A stretch of DNA of 64,000 nucleotides from Pristiophorus japonicus (GCF_044704955.1 NC_091997.1:21142001-21206000), one strand, 5' to 3'. Numbered from the stretch's first letter, positions 1-11,505 are shown. Translations and numbers: made by a program. The notes: a model not told the origin generated them from the sequence alone.

Positions 1-1204
1 ATGTTGAAGGGCGCTAGATAAATGCAAGTCTTTCTATTTTCTTTCTTTTTTCAACATAATGTGTGAAGGTTGAAGAATATTGAGGCTTGAGAATATTAAA
101 ATAATCCGAAGGAAGTGTTAAAGGGTGAAGCATCTAAAGAGTTAACACATTTTACGGTTATCAAAAGGTGTCAGTATTTATGGCCTACAGCTTTTCACTT
201 AGAACAACCAGAACAACACCTTCTAGAGAAAAGAGAAATAATACATATAAACAGTCACAATTCAGCATCGTGATGATAGTCTATCTGAAACCATGCAGTT
301 TTCTAAAGAAAACAGATAACGAACTAAAGCTGTCTTGTCAGCTCTGTTCAGCTGATGTTCACATTAATCATGTCCCCAGTCAAGTGCCAATGCAGCCTGA
401 GAGTGCAAAGGCCAATATTGTAAAGTATTAGATGTAGCAGAATGCAAGATATTGTGCTGTGCCCCTCACTGACCTTAACCCATCATATTTTCTTTAAGAA
501 CATAAGAATTAGGAACAGGAGTAGGCCATCTAGCCCCTCGAGCCTGCTCCGCCATTCAACAAGATCATGGCTGATCTGGCCGTGGACTCAGCTCCACTTA
601 CCCGCCCGCTCCCCATAACCCTTAATTCCCTTATTGGTTAAAAATATATCTATCTGTGATTTGAATACATTCAATGAGCTAGCCTCAACTGCTTCCTTGG
701 GCAGAGAATTTCACAGATTCACAACCCTCTGGGAGAAGAAATTACTTCTCAACTCGGTTTTAAATTGGCTCCCCCGTATTTTGAGGCTGTGCCCCCTAGT
801 TCTAGTCTCCCCTACCAGCGGAAACAACCTCTCTGCCTCTATCTTGTCTATCCCTTTCATTATTTTAAATGTTTCTATGAGATCACCCCTCATCCTTCTG
901 AACTCCAACGAATAAAGACGCAGTCTACTCAATCTATCATCATAAGGTAACCCCCTCATCTCCGGAATCAGCCTAGTGAATCGTCTCTGTACCCGCTCCA
1001 AAGCTAGTATATCCTTCCTTAAGTAAGGTGACCAAAACTGTACGCAGTACTCCAGGTGCGGCCTTACCAATACCCTGTACAGTTGCAGCAGGACCTCCCT
1101 GCTTTTGTACTCCATCCCTCTCGCAATGAAGGCCAACATTCCATTTGCCTTACTGATTACCTGCTGCACCTGCAAACTAACTTTTTGGGATTCATGCACA
1201 AGGA

Positions 1205-2116
1205 GCCGGCGCCTCACAACTTGAGCCGCCTCGGGGAAATCCCCTCCGTGCCTTTCAGTTCCGCGCGGAGGGGTTTCCTGTACGGGCTGCTCCTGCACAC
1301 CCTCAACTTTGCCATCCTCGCCGGCCGTCCGGACACGCCATGGCGTACCATCTTGCCGTCCGGAGGAGGCGGGGGTCCCCGATGGAGGGCACTCTACGCA
1401 GGGGTCCTCCCACTATTCATCGGGGACTTGGCCTGGAGGGTGGTGCACGGAGCAGTGCCGTGCAACAAATTTTTAAGCCGGTTCACGGACTCCCAGGCCG
1501 CCTGCAATTTCTGCGGTCTGGAAGAGTCCGTGTTCCATGTTTTTATGGAATGCACAAGGTTGCAGCCCCTGTTTTATTATTTGAAGGGGCTGCTCCTGAA
1601 ATTCTGGCTGCACTTCAGTCCCACTCTCCTGATCTTTGGGCACCCTGTGCGGAGGGGAGCGGGTAGGTCCGAAGGCCTCCTCGTAGGACTGCTCCTGGGC
1701 ACGGCCAAGGGTGCCATCAGCCGGTCCAGGCAGCGGGCGGTCGAGGGGGTCGTTCAACCTGACTGCCTGCCTCTCTTCCGCTCTTACATCCGGTCCAGGG
1801 TGTCCTTGGAGATGGAGCACGCGGTGTCCACCGGTACGCTCGCGGCCTTCCGCGAGAGGTGGGCACCGGAGGGACTGGAGTGCATCATCACGCCCGGCAA
1901 CCAAATTTTAATTTGATTTTACGTTTTAAAGTTTATTTTGTTTTAATTGCCGGTGCTTTTAGTGTCCCCCTTTCCTTTTATAGGGGGCACTGGAAAAAAG
2001 GAAAATTTGATTTTAGTGCCCAAAAAAAAAAAGGGCCTTGTAAATGTCTGGAGTGTCACCCAGGCCGGGTGGCACCGTTTAATGTTTTTATGTTTTGCAG
2101 GTAAACTCAAAAGAGT
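1205..2116 (+). mobile_element. Tx1-clade non-LTR retrotransposon, 3' module, unit 1
   Basis: C-terminal ORF2 with WRVVHGAV and the zf-RVT knuckle CNFCGLEESVFHVFMEC, stop at 1916, A/T-rich 3' UTR; flanked by TTCATGCACAAGGA at 1191-1204 and 2117-2130. Confidence 0.9.
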
Positions 2117-2119
2117 TTC

Positions 2120-2842
2120 ATGCACAAGGAGCCTGCGCCTCACAACTTGAGCCGCCTCGGGGAAATCCCCTCCATGCCTTTCAGTTCCGCGCGGAGGGGT
2201 TTCCTGTACGGGCTGCTCCTGCACACCCTCAACTTTGCCATCCTCGCCGGCCATCCGGACACGCCATGGCGTACCATCTTGCCGTCCGGAGGAGGCGGGG
2301 GTCCCCGATGGAGGGCACTCTACGCAGGGGTCCTCCCACTATTCATCGGGGACTTGGCCTGGAGGGTGGTGCACGGAGCAGTGCCGTGCAACAAATTTTT
2401 AAGCCGGTTCACGGACTCCCAGGCCGCCTGCAATTTCTGCGGTCTGGAGGAGTCCGTGTTCCATGTTTTTATTGAGTGCACGAAGTTGCAGCCCCTGTTC
2501 CATTATTTGAAGGGGCTGCTCCTGAAATTCTGGCTGCACTTCAGTCCCACTCTCCTGATCTTTGGGCACCCTGTGCGGAGGGGAGCGGGTAGGTCCGAAG
2601 GCCTCCTCGTAGGACTGCTCCTGGGCACGGCCAAGGGTGCCATCAGCCGGTCCAGGCAGCGGGCGGTCGAGGGGGTCGTTCAACCTGACTGCCTGCCTCT
2701 CTTCCGCTCTTACATCCGGTCCAGGGTGTCCTTGGAGATGGAGCACGCGGTGTCCACCGGTACGCTCGCGGCCTTCCGCGAGAGGTGGGCACCGGAGGGA
2801 CTGGAGTGCATCATCACGCCCGGCAACCAAATTTTAATTTGA
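2120..2842 (+). CDS. Open 240-aa frame: Tx1 ORF2 C-terminal zinc-binding region, with the ATG supplied by the duplicated target (equivalent frame at 1194-1916)
   Basis: ORF track MHKEPAPHNL...GNQILI; the ATG lies inside TTC-ATG-CACAAGGA; expression unknown. Confidence 0.5.
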   Translation: MHKEPAPHNLSRLGEIPSMPFSSARRGFLYGLLLHTLNFAILAGHPDTPWRTILPSGGGGGPRWRALYAGVLPLFIGDLAWRVVHGAVPCNKFLSRFTDSQAACNFCGLEESVFHVFIECTKLQPLFHYLKGLLLKFWLHFSPTLLIFGHPVRRGAGRSEGLLVGLLLGTAKGAISRSRQRAVEGVVQPDCLPLFRSYIRSRVSLEMEHAVSTGTLAAFRERWAPEGLECIITPGNQILI

Positions 2843-3066
2843 TTTTACGTTTTAAAGTTTATTTTGTTTTAATTGCCGGTGCTTTTAGTGTCCCCTTCCC
2901 TTTTTTAGGGGGCACTGGAAAATTGTGATTTTAGTGCCCAAAAAAAAAAAACTCAAAAAAAACAAAAAAAGGAAAAAAAAAGGGCCTTGTAAATGTCTGG
3001 TGTGTCACCCAGGTTGGGTGGCACGATTTAATGTTTTATGTTTTTGCAGGTAGACTCTAAAAGAGT
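2131..3066 (+). mobile_element. Tx1-clade non-LTR retrotransposon, 3' module, unit 2
   Basis: Near-identical to unit 1 in the coding part, with indels in the 3' UTR; flanked by TTCATGCACAAGGA at 2117-2130 and 3067-3080. Confidence 0.9.
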
Positions 3067-5698
3067 TTCATGCACAAGGACCCCCAGGTCCCTCTGCACC
3101 GCAGCATGTTGTAATTTCTCCCCATTCAAATAATATTCCCTTTTACTGTTTTTTTTTCCAAGATGGATGACCTCACATTTTCCGACATTGTATTCCATCT
3201 GCCAAACCTTAGCCCATTCGTTTAACCTATCTAAATCTCTTTGCAGCCTCTCTGTGTCCTCTACACAACCCGCTTTCCCACTAATCTTTGTGTCATCTGC
3301 AAATTTTGTTACACTATACTCTGTCCTCTCTTCCAGGTCATCTATGTATATTGTAAACAGTTGTGGTCCCAGCACCGATCCCTGTGCCACACCACTAACC
3401 ACCGATTTCCAACCTGAAAAGGACCCATTTATCCCGACTCTCTGCTTTCTGTTCGCCAGCCAATTCTCGATCCATGCTAATACATTTCCTCTGACTCTGC
3501 GTACCTTTATCTTCTGCAGTAACCTTTTGTGTGGCACCTTATCGAATGTCTTTTGGAAATCTAAATACACCACATCCATCGGTACACCTCTATCCACCAT
3601 GCTCGTCATATCCTCAAAGAACTCCAGTAAATTAGTTAAACATGATTTCCCCGTCATGAATCCATGTTGCGTCTACTTGATTGCACTATTCCTATCTCGA
3701 TGTCCCGCTATTTCTTCCTTAATGATAGCTTCAAGCATTTTCCCCACTACAGATGTTAAACTAACCGGCCAATAGTTACCTGTCTTTTGTCTGCCCCCTT
3801 TTTTAAACAGAGGTGTTACATTAGCTGCTTTCCAATCCACTGGTACCTTCCCAGAATCCAGAGAATTTTGGTAGATTAAAACAAATGCATCTGCTATAAC
3901 TTCCGCCATCGCTTTTCATACCCTGGAATGTATTTCATCAGGACCAGGGGACTTGTCTACCTTGAGTCCCATTAGCCTGTCCAGCACTACTCCCCTCCCT
4001 AGTGATAGTGATTATCTCAAGGTCCTCCCTTCCCACATTCCCGTGACCAGCAATTTTTGGCATGGTTTTTGTGTCTTCCACTGTGAAGACCGAAGCAAAA
4101 TAATTGTTTAAGGTCTCAGCCATTTCCACATTTCAAATTATTAAATCCCCCTTCTCATCTTCTAAGGAACCAACATTTACTTTAGTCACTCTTTTCCGTT
4201 TTATATATCGGTAAAAGCTTTTACTATCCGATTTTATGTTTTGCGCAAGTTTACTTTCGTAATCTATCTTTCCTTTCTTTATTGCTTTCTTAGTCATTCT
4301 TTGCTGTCGTTTAAAATGTTCCCAATCTTCTAGTTTCCCACTAACCTTGGCCACCTTATACGCATTGGTTTTTAATTTGATACTCTCCTTTATTTCCTTG
4401 GTTATCCACGGCTGGTTATCCCTTCTCTTACCGCCCTTCTTTTTCACTGGAATATATTTTTGTTGAGCACTATGAAAGAGCTCCTTAAAAGTCCTCCACT
4501 GTTCCTCAATTGTGCCACCGTTTAGTCTGTGTTCCCAGTATACTTTAGCCAACTCTGCCCTCATCCCACTGTAGTCCCCTTTGTTTAAGCATAGTACGCT
4601 CGTTTGAGACACTACTTCCTCACCCTCAATCTGTATTACAAATTCAACCATACTGTGATCACTCATTCCGAGAGAATCTTTTACTAGGAGATCGTTTATT
4701 AGTCCTGTCTCATTAAAACAGGACCAGATCTAAGATAGCTTGCTCCCTTGTAGGTTCTATAACATACTGTTCTAAGAAACAATCCCGTATGCATTCTATG
4801 AATTCCTCCTCCAGGCTACCCTGTGCGATTTGATTTGACCAATCGATATGTAGGTTAAAATCCCCCATGATTACTGCCGTTCCATTTTCACATGCCTCCA
4901 TTATTCCCCTGATTATTGTCCGCCCCACCGTGAAGTTATTATTTGGGGGCCTATAAACTACGCCCACTAGTGACTTTCTCCCCTTACTATCTCTAATCTC
5001 CACCCACAATGATTCAACATTTTGTTCATTAGAGCCAATATCATCTCTCACAACTGCCCTGATATCATCCTTTATTAACAGAGCTACCCCACCTCCTTTC
5101 CCTTCTTGTCTATCTTTCCGAATTGTCAGATACCCCTGTATGTTTAATTCCCAGTCTTGGCCACCCTGCAACCACGTTTCTGTAATGGCCACCAAATCAT
5201 ACCCATTTGTAATGATTTGTGCCGTCAACTAATTTACTTTATTTCGAATGCTGCGTGCGTTTAGGTAGAGTGTTTTAATACTAGTTTTTAAACCATGATT
5301 TTTAGTTTTGACTCCTCCTCCAGCTCCTTTATATTCATACATATTGTCCCTTCCTATCACCTTGTGGTTTACACTTACCCCAGTGCTACTCTGCTCTGTT
5401 GCCTCCTGCCTTTTGCATTCTTTCTTGGGGTCCGGTTCATCTGAGCTCTCACCCACTCTAACTAGCTCAGAGCCCTCTCCTGGGTTCCGAATACTCCTCG
5501 CATTGAGGCACCGAGCTTTCAGGCTTGTCTCTTTATTACACTTTGACCCTTTAGAATTTTGCTGTACAGTAGCCCTTTTTGTTTTTTGCTTTGTATTTCT
5601 CTGCCCTCCACTTTTACTCATCTCCTTTCTGTCTTTTGCTTCTGTCTCCATTTTGTTTCCCTTTGTCTCCCTACATTGGTTCCCATCCCCCTGCCATA

Positions 5699-6383
5699 TT
5701 AGTTTAACTCCTCCCCAACAGCACTAGCAAACACTCCCCCTAGGACATTGGTTCCGGTCCTGCCCAAGTGCAGACCGTCCGGTTTGTACTGGTCCCACCT
5801 CCCCCAGAACCTGTTCCAATGCCCTACGAATTTGAATCTCTCCCTGCTGCACCATTGTTCAAGCCACGTATTCATCTGTGCTATCCTGCGATTCCTACTC
5901 TGACTAGCATGTGGCACTGGTAGCAATCCCGAGATTACTACTTTTGAGGTCCTACTTTTTAATTTAACTTCTAGCTCCTTAAATTCGTCTCGTAGGACCT
6001 TATCCCTTTTTTTACCTATGTCGTTGGTACCAATGTGCACCACGACAACTGGCTGTTCTCCCTCCCTTTTCAGAATGTCCTGCACTCGCTCGGAGACATC
6101 CTTGACCCTTGCACCAGGGAGGCAACGTACCATCCTGGAGTCTCGGTTGTGGCCGCAGAAACGCCTATCTATTCCCCTTAAAAAAAGAATCCCCTATCAC
6201 TATCGCTCTCCCACTCTTTTTCTTGCCCTCCTGTGTAGCAGAGCCAGCCACGGTACCATGAACTTGGCTGCTGCTGCCCTCCCCTAATGAGTCATCCCCC
6301 TCAACAGTACTGTTTTGCAGGGGGATGACGGCAGGGAACACTGCACTACCTTCCTTGCACTGCTCTTCCTGCTGGTCTTCCAT
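5699..6383 (-). pseudogene. CR1 ORF1 SGNH/GDSL esterase domain (frameshifted, 5' truncated)
   Basis: IVIGDS...CLPGA...VHIGTND...DGLHL motifs across ORFs 6165-6383 and 5699-6133. Confidence 0.9.
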
Positions 6384-6556
6384 TCCCTATCTGGCTGTGG
6401 ACCTTTCACCTGCGGTAAGACCAACTTGCGACTTGTTCTTTCACTCAAAGCAATGATGATTTCTTCAGCCTCTTACTGTAGTCCTTGGTTTTTTTCTTCT
6501 ACACTAAACCCTTGTTTTAGTGACTTGTTAAATAAAAGGGTCAAATTGTAAAATAT

Positions 6557-6795
6557 TGTAATGTATTTGCTTCATGGATTCTTTGCATAAGAATTCATAG
6601 CAACACATTGCTATTAAGAACTAGTTAGTTTATTAACAAAGGTTGAACAATCACACTACACATTACCAGTTCATCCGCTAGGCTCACAACCACCTGCCTC
6701 ATTGTGGATGATCTTAACCCAACTGATTAGGGTTTAATTGAATCTTGTGAACATCACATGACTGGCTAAGCCACTCACAATGCCACAGCGCTACA
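6557..6795 (-). mobile_element. Solo LTR-like element, inverted relative to the copy at 11733
   Basis: Reverse-complement similarity to 11733-11996; starts TGTAATGTAT. Confidence 0.7.
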
Positions 6796-6865
6796 CTATT
6801 TTGGATAGAATTTTAAAATCAAGTAAGGACATTAGGATCCACAAATTTCCAAATTAACTGGGAAC

Positions 6866-7165
6866 TTTAAACAGCCAAATTAAATTAAAATTCTGTTCCT
6901 GGGGGTGATGATGCACTCCAGTCCCTCCGGTGCCCACCTTTCTTGGAAGGCCACGAGCGTACTGGTGGACACCGCGTGCTCCATCTCCAGGGACACCCTG
7001 GCGCGAATGTAACCACGAAGGAGAGACAGGCAGTTGGGCTGAATGACCCCCTCGACTGCCCGCTGCCTGGACCGGTTAATGGCCACCTTGGCCATGCCCA
7101 GGAGCAGTCTTACAAGGAGGCCCTCCGGCCTGCCAGTTGCCCTCCGCACAGGATGCCCAAAGCTG
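6866..7165 (-). mobile_element. Older Tx1-clade ORF2 C-terminal fragment
   Basis: FGHPVRRATGRPEGLLV...WAPEGLECIITPRNRILI is homologous to units 1 and 2 but more diverged. Confidence 0.85.
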
Positions 7166-7199
7166 GAATCCAAAACCCAAAACTTCCTTTACCAGAGTA

Positions 7200-7720
7200 A
7201 AATATCCCAAGGCACTTCACAAGAATGTTATCAAACAAAGATATTAGGACAAGTGACCAAAAGCTTAGATTAAAAAGTAGGTTTTAAGGAGCATCCTAAA
7301 GGATGTCAGAGAGGTAGAGAGGTGGAGAGGTTTAAGGAGGGAATTCCAGAGCTTCGGGCCTCGGCAGCTGAAGGCATGGCCGCCAGTGGTGGACTGATGA
7401 AACTCAGGGATGTGCAAGAGGCCAGAATTGAAGGAACACAGATTATCTCAAAGGGTTGGAAGGCTGGAGGAGATTACAGAGACAGGGAGGGATGAGACCA
7501 TGGAGGGATTTGAAAACAAGGGTGAGAATTTTTTTTAATTGAGGCATTGGTTAACCAGGAGCCAATGTAGGTCGGCGAGCACAGGGGTGATGACGAGTGG
7601 GACTTGGTGAGAGTTAAGATACGGGCTGCCAAGTTTTGGATGAGCTCAAGTTTACAGAGAATGCATCATGGGAGGCAGGGCAGGAGAGCGTTGGATTAGT
7701 TGAGTCTTGAGGTAACATAT
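7200..7720 (-). mobile_element. L2-like LINE 3' fragment
   Basis: Homologous to 11290-11505 and 44348-44842; purine-rich antisense of an L2 C-terminus and 3' UTR. Confidence 0.65.
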
Positions 7721-7793
7721 AGCCAACATAGGACACTTTCATCCCATCATTGTGGGCTTGATTGACCCTAAGTCACAGGTGTATAACCCACTT

Positions 7794-8247
7794 ATCATCA
7801 TCAAAGGCAGTCCCTCAGAATTGAGGAAAACTTGCTTCCACTCTAAAAATGAGTCCTTAGGTTGCTGAACAGTCCAATACGAGAACTACAGTCCCTGTCA
7901 CAGGTGGGACAGACAGTCATTGAGGGAAAGGGTGGGTGGGACAGGTTTGCCGCACGCTCTTTCCGCTGCCTGCGCTTGATTTCTGCATGCTCTCGGCGAT
8001 GAGACTCGAGGTGCTCAGCGCCCTCCTTGATGCACTTCCTCCACTTAGGGCGGTCTTTAGCCAGGGACTCCCAGATGTCAGTGGGGATGTTGCACTTTAT
8101 CAGGGAGGCCTTGAGGGTGTCCTTGTAACGTTTCCTCTGCCCACCTTTGGCTTATTTGCCGTGAAGGAGTTCCGAGTAGAGCGCTTGCTTTGGGAGTCTC
8201 GTGTCTGGCATGCGAACAATGTGGCCTGCCCAGCGGAGCTGATCAAG
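7794..8247 (-). mobile_element. RTE-clade LINE 3' fragment with (GAT)n tail
   Basis: Antisense of LPKQALYSEL...GGQRKRYKDTLKASL; CATCAT tail at the left end. Confidence 0.85.
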
Positions 8248-9814
8248 CGTGATCCACTACACCACTCAGTTCACACATAAAGCTTTTTGTTGAATACATT
8301 TTACTTAGTAATTGCCAAAATAATGGGGGTTTTCCTGGTGTGCATTTTTTTAATTGTTTTCTTTCGGTGCTTAAGGATTTTTTTCTTTAATCTGTTAAAG
8401 CATTCTTGCCTTGGGTATGCAGACTTTGGGTTCTTTTGAATGTTTTCCATTTTGACTCAAATGCTGAAGTGCTCACACCAACCAGAAAATCCGTAACCTT
8501 GGAATGTCCTGGGAATTATCCTTTGCAAATGTGCAGAAAACTACATTAATGTCACTGTCCATCAAGAGGACCTTGAATCATCACACTTGACATGTGTCCC
8601 AACATGCAGGCTCACGCGGATAAAACTTTGAATTACATTGATACAGACAGGCCTGAGATCCGACGATGCTTCAATCTGAAATGGCCTCAGACCCGAAAGT
8701 AATATAATTTATACCGGACTCAAGTTTAAGAGTACTTGAGTCCACTGACTTCTTTAATCCTGACAAGATTAAGGCCTGTAGAAAATAGAACCCAGAGTGG
8801 AAATAAAACATTAATTTTCCTCAGTCGAGAAAGATTGAGGCCAGAAGTCGCTTGATTCCTGTCGTGAGTTTTCAAAACCGTTTTTCTAATAACGCTCTGC
8901 ATAAGACAAAGAATTTCTGTTCTAATCACAATGTATCCCACCAATTCTACTCAAACTGAATAGTTTTTAATCCCCTCCCTCTCTGCTTCGGACATCAAGG
9001 TGGTGACTCTACAAGAAATCATTAAGACAATGGGGTGATCTACTTCTTGAAGAAGTCCGAGGCACATACCTCCTTAGGGATTGGGATGGCAATTGCTTTC
9101 GAGATCATTCTGACAGGTTGAAATTTCTTCTTATCTGGAGATCATTCCAGCACAGATGGCTATACATGCTTCCTGCTATGATACCATTTGTTGACAGACA
9201 GCCAGTAATTTGTCCATACCTAATGGCATGGTTTCAGAAGATAAGTTAAAAGGATGTCGATGTCTGTGCCTAACACTCGCCCTCTGGGAGAAATTAAACC
9301 AAAGATAATTACTTTGAACTTCGTATCAACTACAGTTACGCAGGAAATTAATTATTACTTGCCTTCAGAGAAATATTCTCCATCGCTCACCAGTTTTAGT
9401 ATAAAGAGGTGTTCTCCGCTTGTCACACATTAGATTTTTCACTAAAAATATCTAACAGAGGGTAACACACTGATGTCTCTTACCATCAGTAACTCCTTTC
9501 ATTCACCTTCACAATGGAAAGCATTTTCTTACATATTGTTTTAGGGAATAAAAGCATGACAGGACACAGAAAGACTTTGTTCAAATATTTAGTACCAGGT
9601 TATGTTTCAATTGCTATCTGCTTTTGCCACAGAGTCACTCTGGCTGATACTTAATGAGGGCTTCTGAGCTCCACCAAAAACAATCATTACATTCCAGACT
9701 TTAAGTTGCTGAGATCTCCGCACCTCCCCTCCACCAGTGCCTGCACCCCTCCCCCCACGACTAATCATCATAATTGATGCTTTTGGTGATGGAACTCATC
9801 TAATGCTGCATTAG

Positions 9815-10280
9815 GGGTAGAGTAAGTAGCATGGTTGTTATGTTACTGGACTAGTAATCCAGTGGCTGGGGCTAATGATTCAAATCCCACCAAGGTAGCT
9901 GGGGAATTTAAATTCAATGAAATAAATCTGGAATTAAAAAGCTAGCATCAATAATGACCATGAAACTACCAGATTGTCGGAAAAACCCCAATTGCTTCAC
10001 TAATGTCCTTTAGGGAAGGAAATCTGTCGCCTTTACCCGGTCTGGCCTACATGTGACTCCAGACCCACAAGCAATGTGGTTGACTCTTAACTGCCCTGTG
10101 AAACGACCGAGCAAGCCATTCAGTTGTACAAAACTGCTACAACAGAGTCAGCACTGTGGGTGGACTGCAGCGGTTCAAGAAGGCAGCTCACCACCACCTT
10201 CTGAAGGGCAGTTCAGGATGGGCAATAAATGCCAGCCTTGCCAGCGAAGCCCACATTCAGCAAACAAATAAAAAAAAACA
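9815..10280 (+). mobile_element. tRNA-headed SINE
   Basis: A/B-box-like head (…ttcaaatccc), A-rich end; antisense homolog at 14232-14612. Confidence 0.7.
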
Positions 10281-10334
10281 ATACTGGAAACGATAGCTCA
10301 AAATCAACCATATGGAGACCTGCTTCAAACTGGA

Positions 10335-10520
10335 AGCCAAAGTACTGCGGATGCTGGAAATCTGAAATAAAAACAGAAAATGCTGGAACTACTCAGCAGG
10401 TCAGGCAGCATCTGTGGAGAGAGGGAAACAAAGTTACTGTTTCAGGTTAATGATGTTTTGTCAAAACTGTCGAAAGGTTATTGACGCGAGGCTGCTGAGT
10501 GTTGCCAGTATTTCCCGCTT
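10335..10520 (-). mobile_element. Penelope-like terminal repeat fragment with a short inverted partial copy
   Basis: Reverse complement matches 57360-57465; degenerate hammerhead core. Confidence 0.6.
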
Positions 10521-10859
10521 AAAATCTAAGTCTGCTGTTATTTGACTGGCATTAATTCTGCATAAAATTTACCCAACAAATGGAAAATAAATCATGCAGA
10601 GTGCCAAAGTCTGACAGAGCTGAAGTAATATCTGAAATACCACCAGTCCAAGGTTCTCCAGACAGCTTGCTGTTTCATTGAGTATGTCAATTTAACTCGG
10701 GCACACTGTCGGACTACCCTAGTGATGTCATCAGCACTCACTGTTTGAACAAATGTGACAAGACAAAACAAAACAAGAGCAAAGGGCGGGAAAAAGGTGT
10801 TAATATTAATCAGAATTCTTTTGAACGGCTTGTTTTTTTTCTTAAAAAGGAAGTTGTAA

Positions 10860-11085
10860 CAGTCAAACTCGCTTTTTAACATGGGAGTTCTTACGATCAG
10901 ATTCTGTCTCGATTGGTGGAGCAGACTCAATCGTGGCTTTCAAAAGAGAAAGTACCTGGAGGAAAAAACTTTGCAGGGCTAAAGGGAAAGGGCGGGGGAG
11001 TGGGACTAGCTGAAGTGCTCTTGCAGAGAGCCGGCACGGGCTCGACGGGTCAAATGGCCTCCTTCTGTGCTGTAACCATTCTAAT
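10860..11085 (+). mobile_element. CR1-type 3' end fragment
   Basis: 3' UTR-like sequence; antisense homolog at 16480-16690. Confidence 0.55.
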
Positions 11086-11289
11086 GGACTGTTGGTACAG
11101 TTACATTTTCTATCCAAGGCTAGTGTTTATTTTAAAACTAACTAAATGACATGGCTTGTCTTTCCTTTAAAGCATCTTTTGAATTATAACTGTACAACTC
11201 TAAAATGTTTAACATTTGAAGAGATGCAGCCTTTCCATAAATCTCACTGTCCAACAAACTCTCTTACCAAACATTCACATTGCTAATTG

Positions 11290-11505
11290 TAATTACAACA
11301 ATTTGCATTTATATAGCACCTTTAACGTAGTAAAACATCCCATTGTGCTTCACAGGAGCGTTATCAAACAACATTTGCCATACAAGGAGAAATTAGGGCA
11401 GATGACCAAAAGCTTGGTCAAAGAGGTAAATTTTAAGGAGCATCGTAAAGGAGGAAAGGGAGGTAGAGAGCCAGAGAGGTTTAGGCAGGGAGTTCCAGAG
11501 CTAAC
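11290..11505 (-). mobile_element. L2-like 3' end
   Basis: Tail caacaatttgcatttatatagcacc; homologous to 44348-44842. Confidence 0.6.

Larger units (their letters stand above)
495..6430 (-). mobile_element. Near full-length CR1-clade LINE (subfamily B, AAGAACAT-type tail), decayed, interrupted by Tx1 insertions at 1205-3066
   Basis: Minus-strand ORF pieces in CR1 order: ORF1 SGNH esterase (5699-6383; VIGDS, HIGTND, DGLHL), APE endonuclease (4713-5651; ITETW, VYRPP, GDFN, SDH), linker, RT (3028-3909; DFQKTFDKV, QGSVLGP, FADD), C-terminus (711-1190) and a 3' UTR with an octamer tail at ~495-510. Frameshifts and stops are present. Confidence 0.95.

Noticed and set aside
711-1916. Long ORFs 711-1298(-) and 1056-1916(+) as host genes
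   Set aside because: They are chimeric reads across the CR1/Tx1 junction
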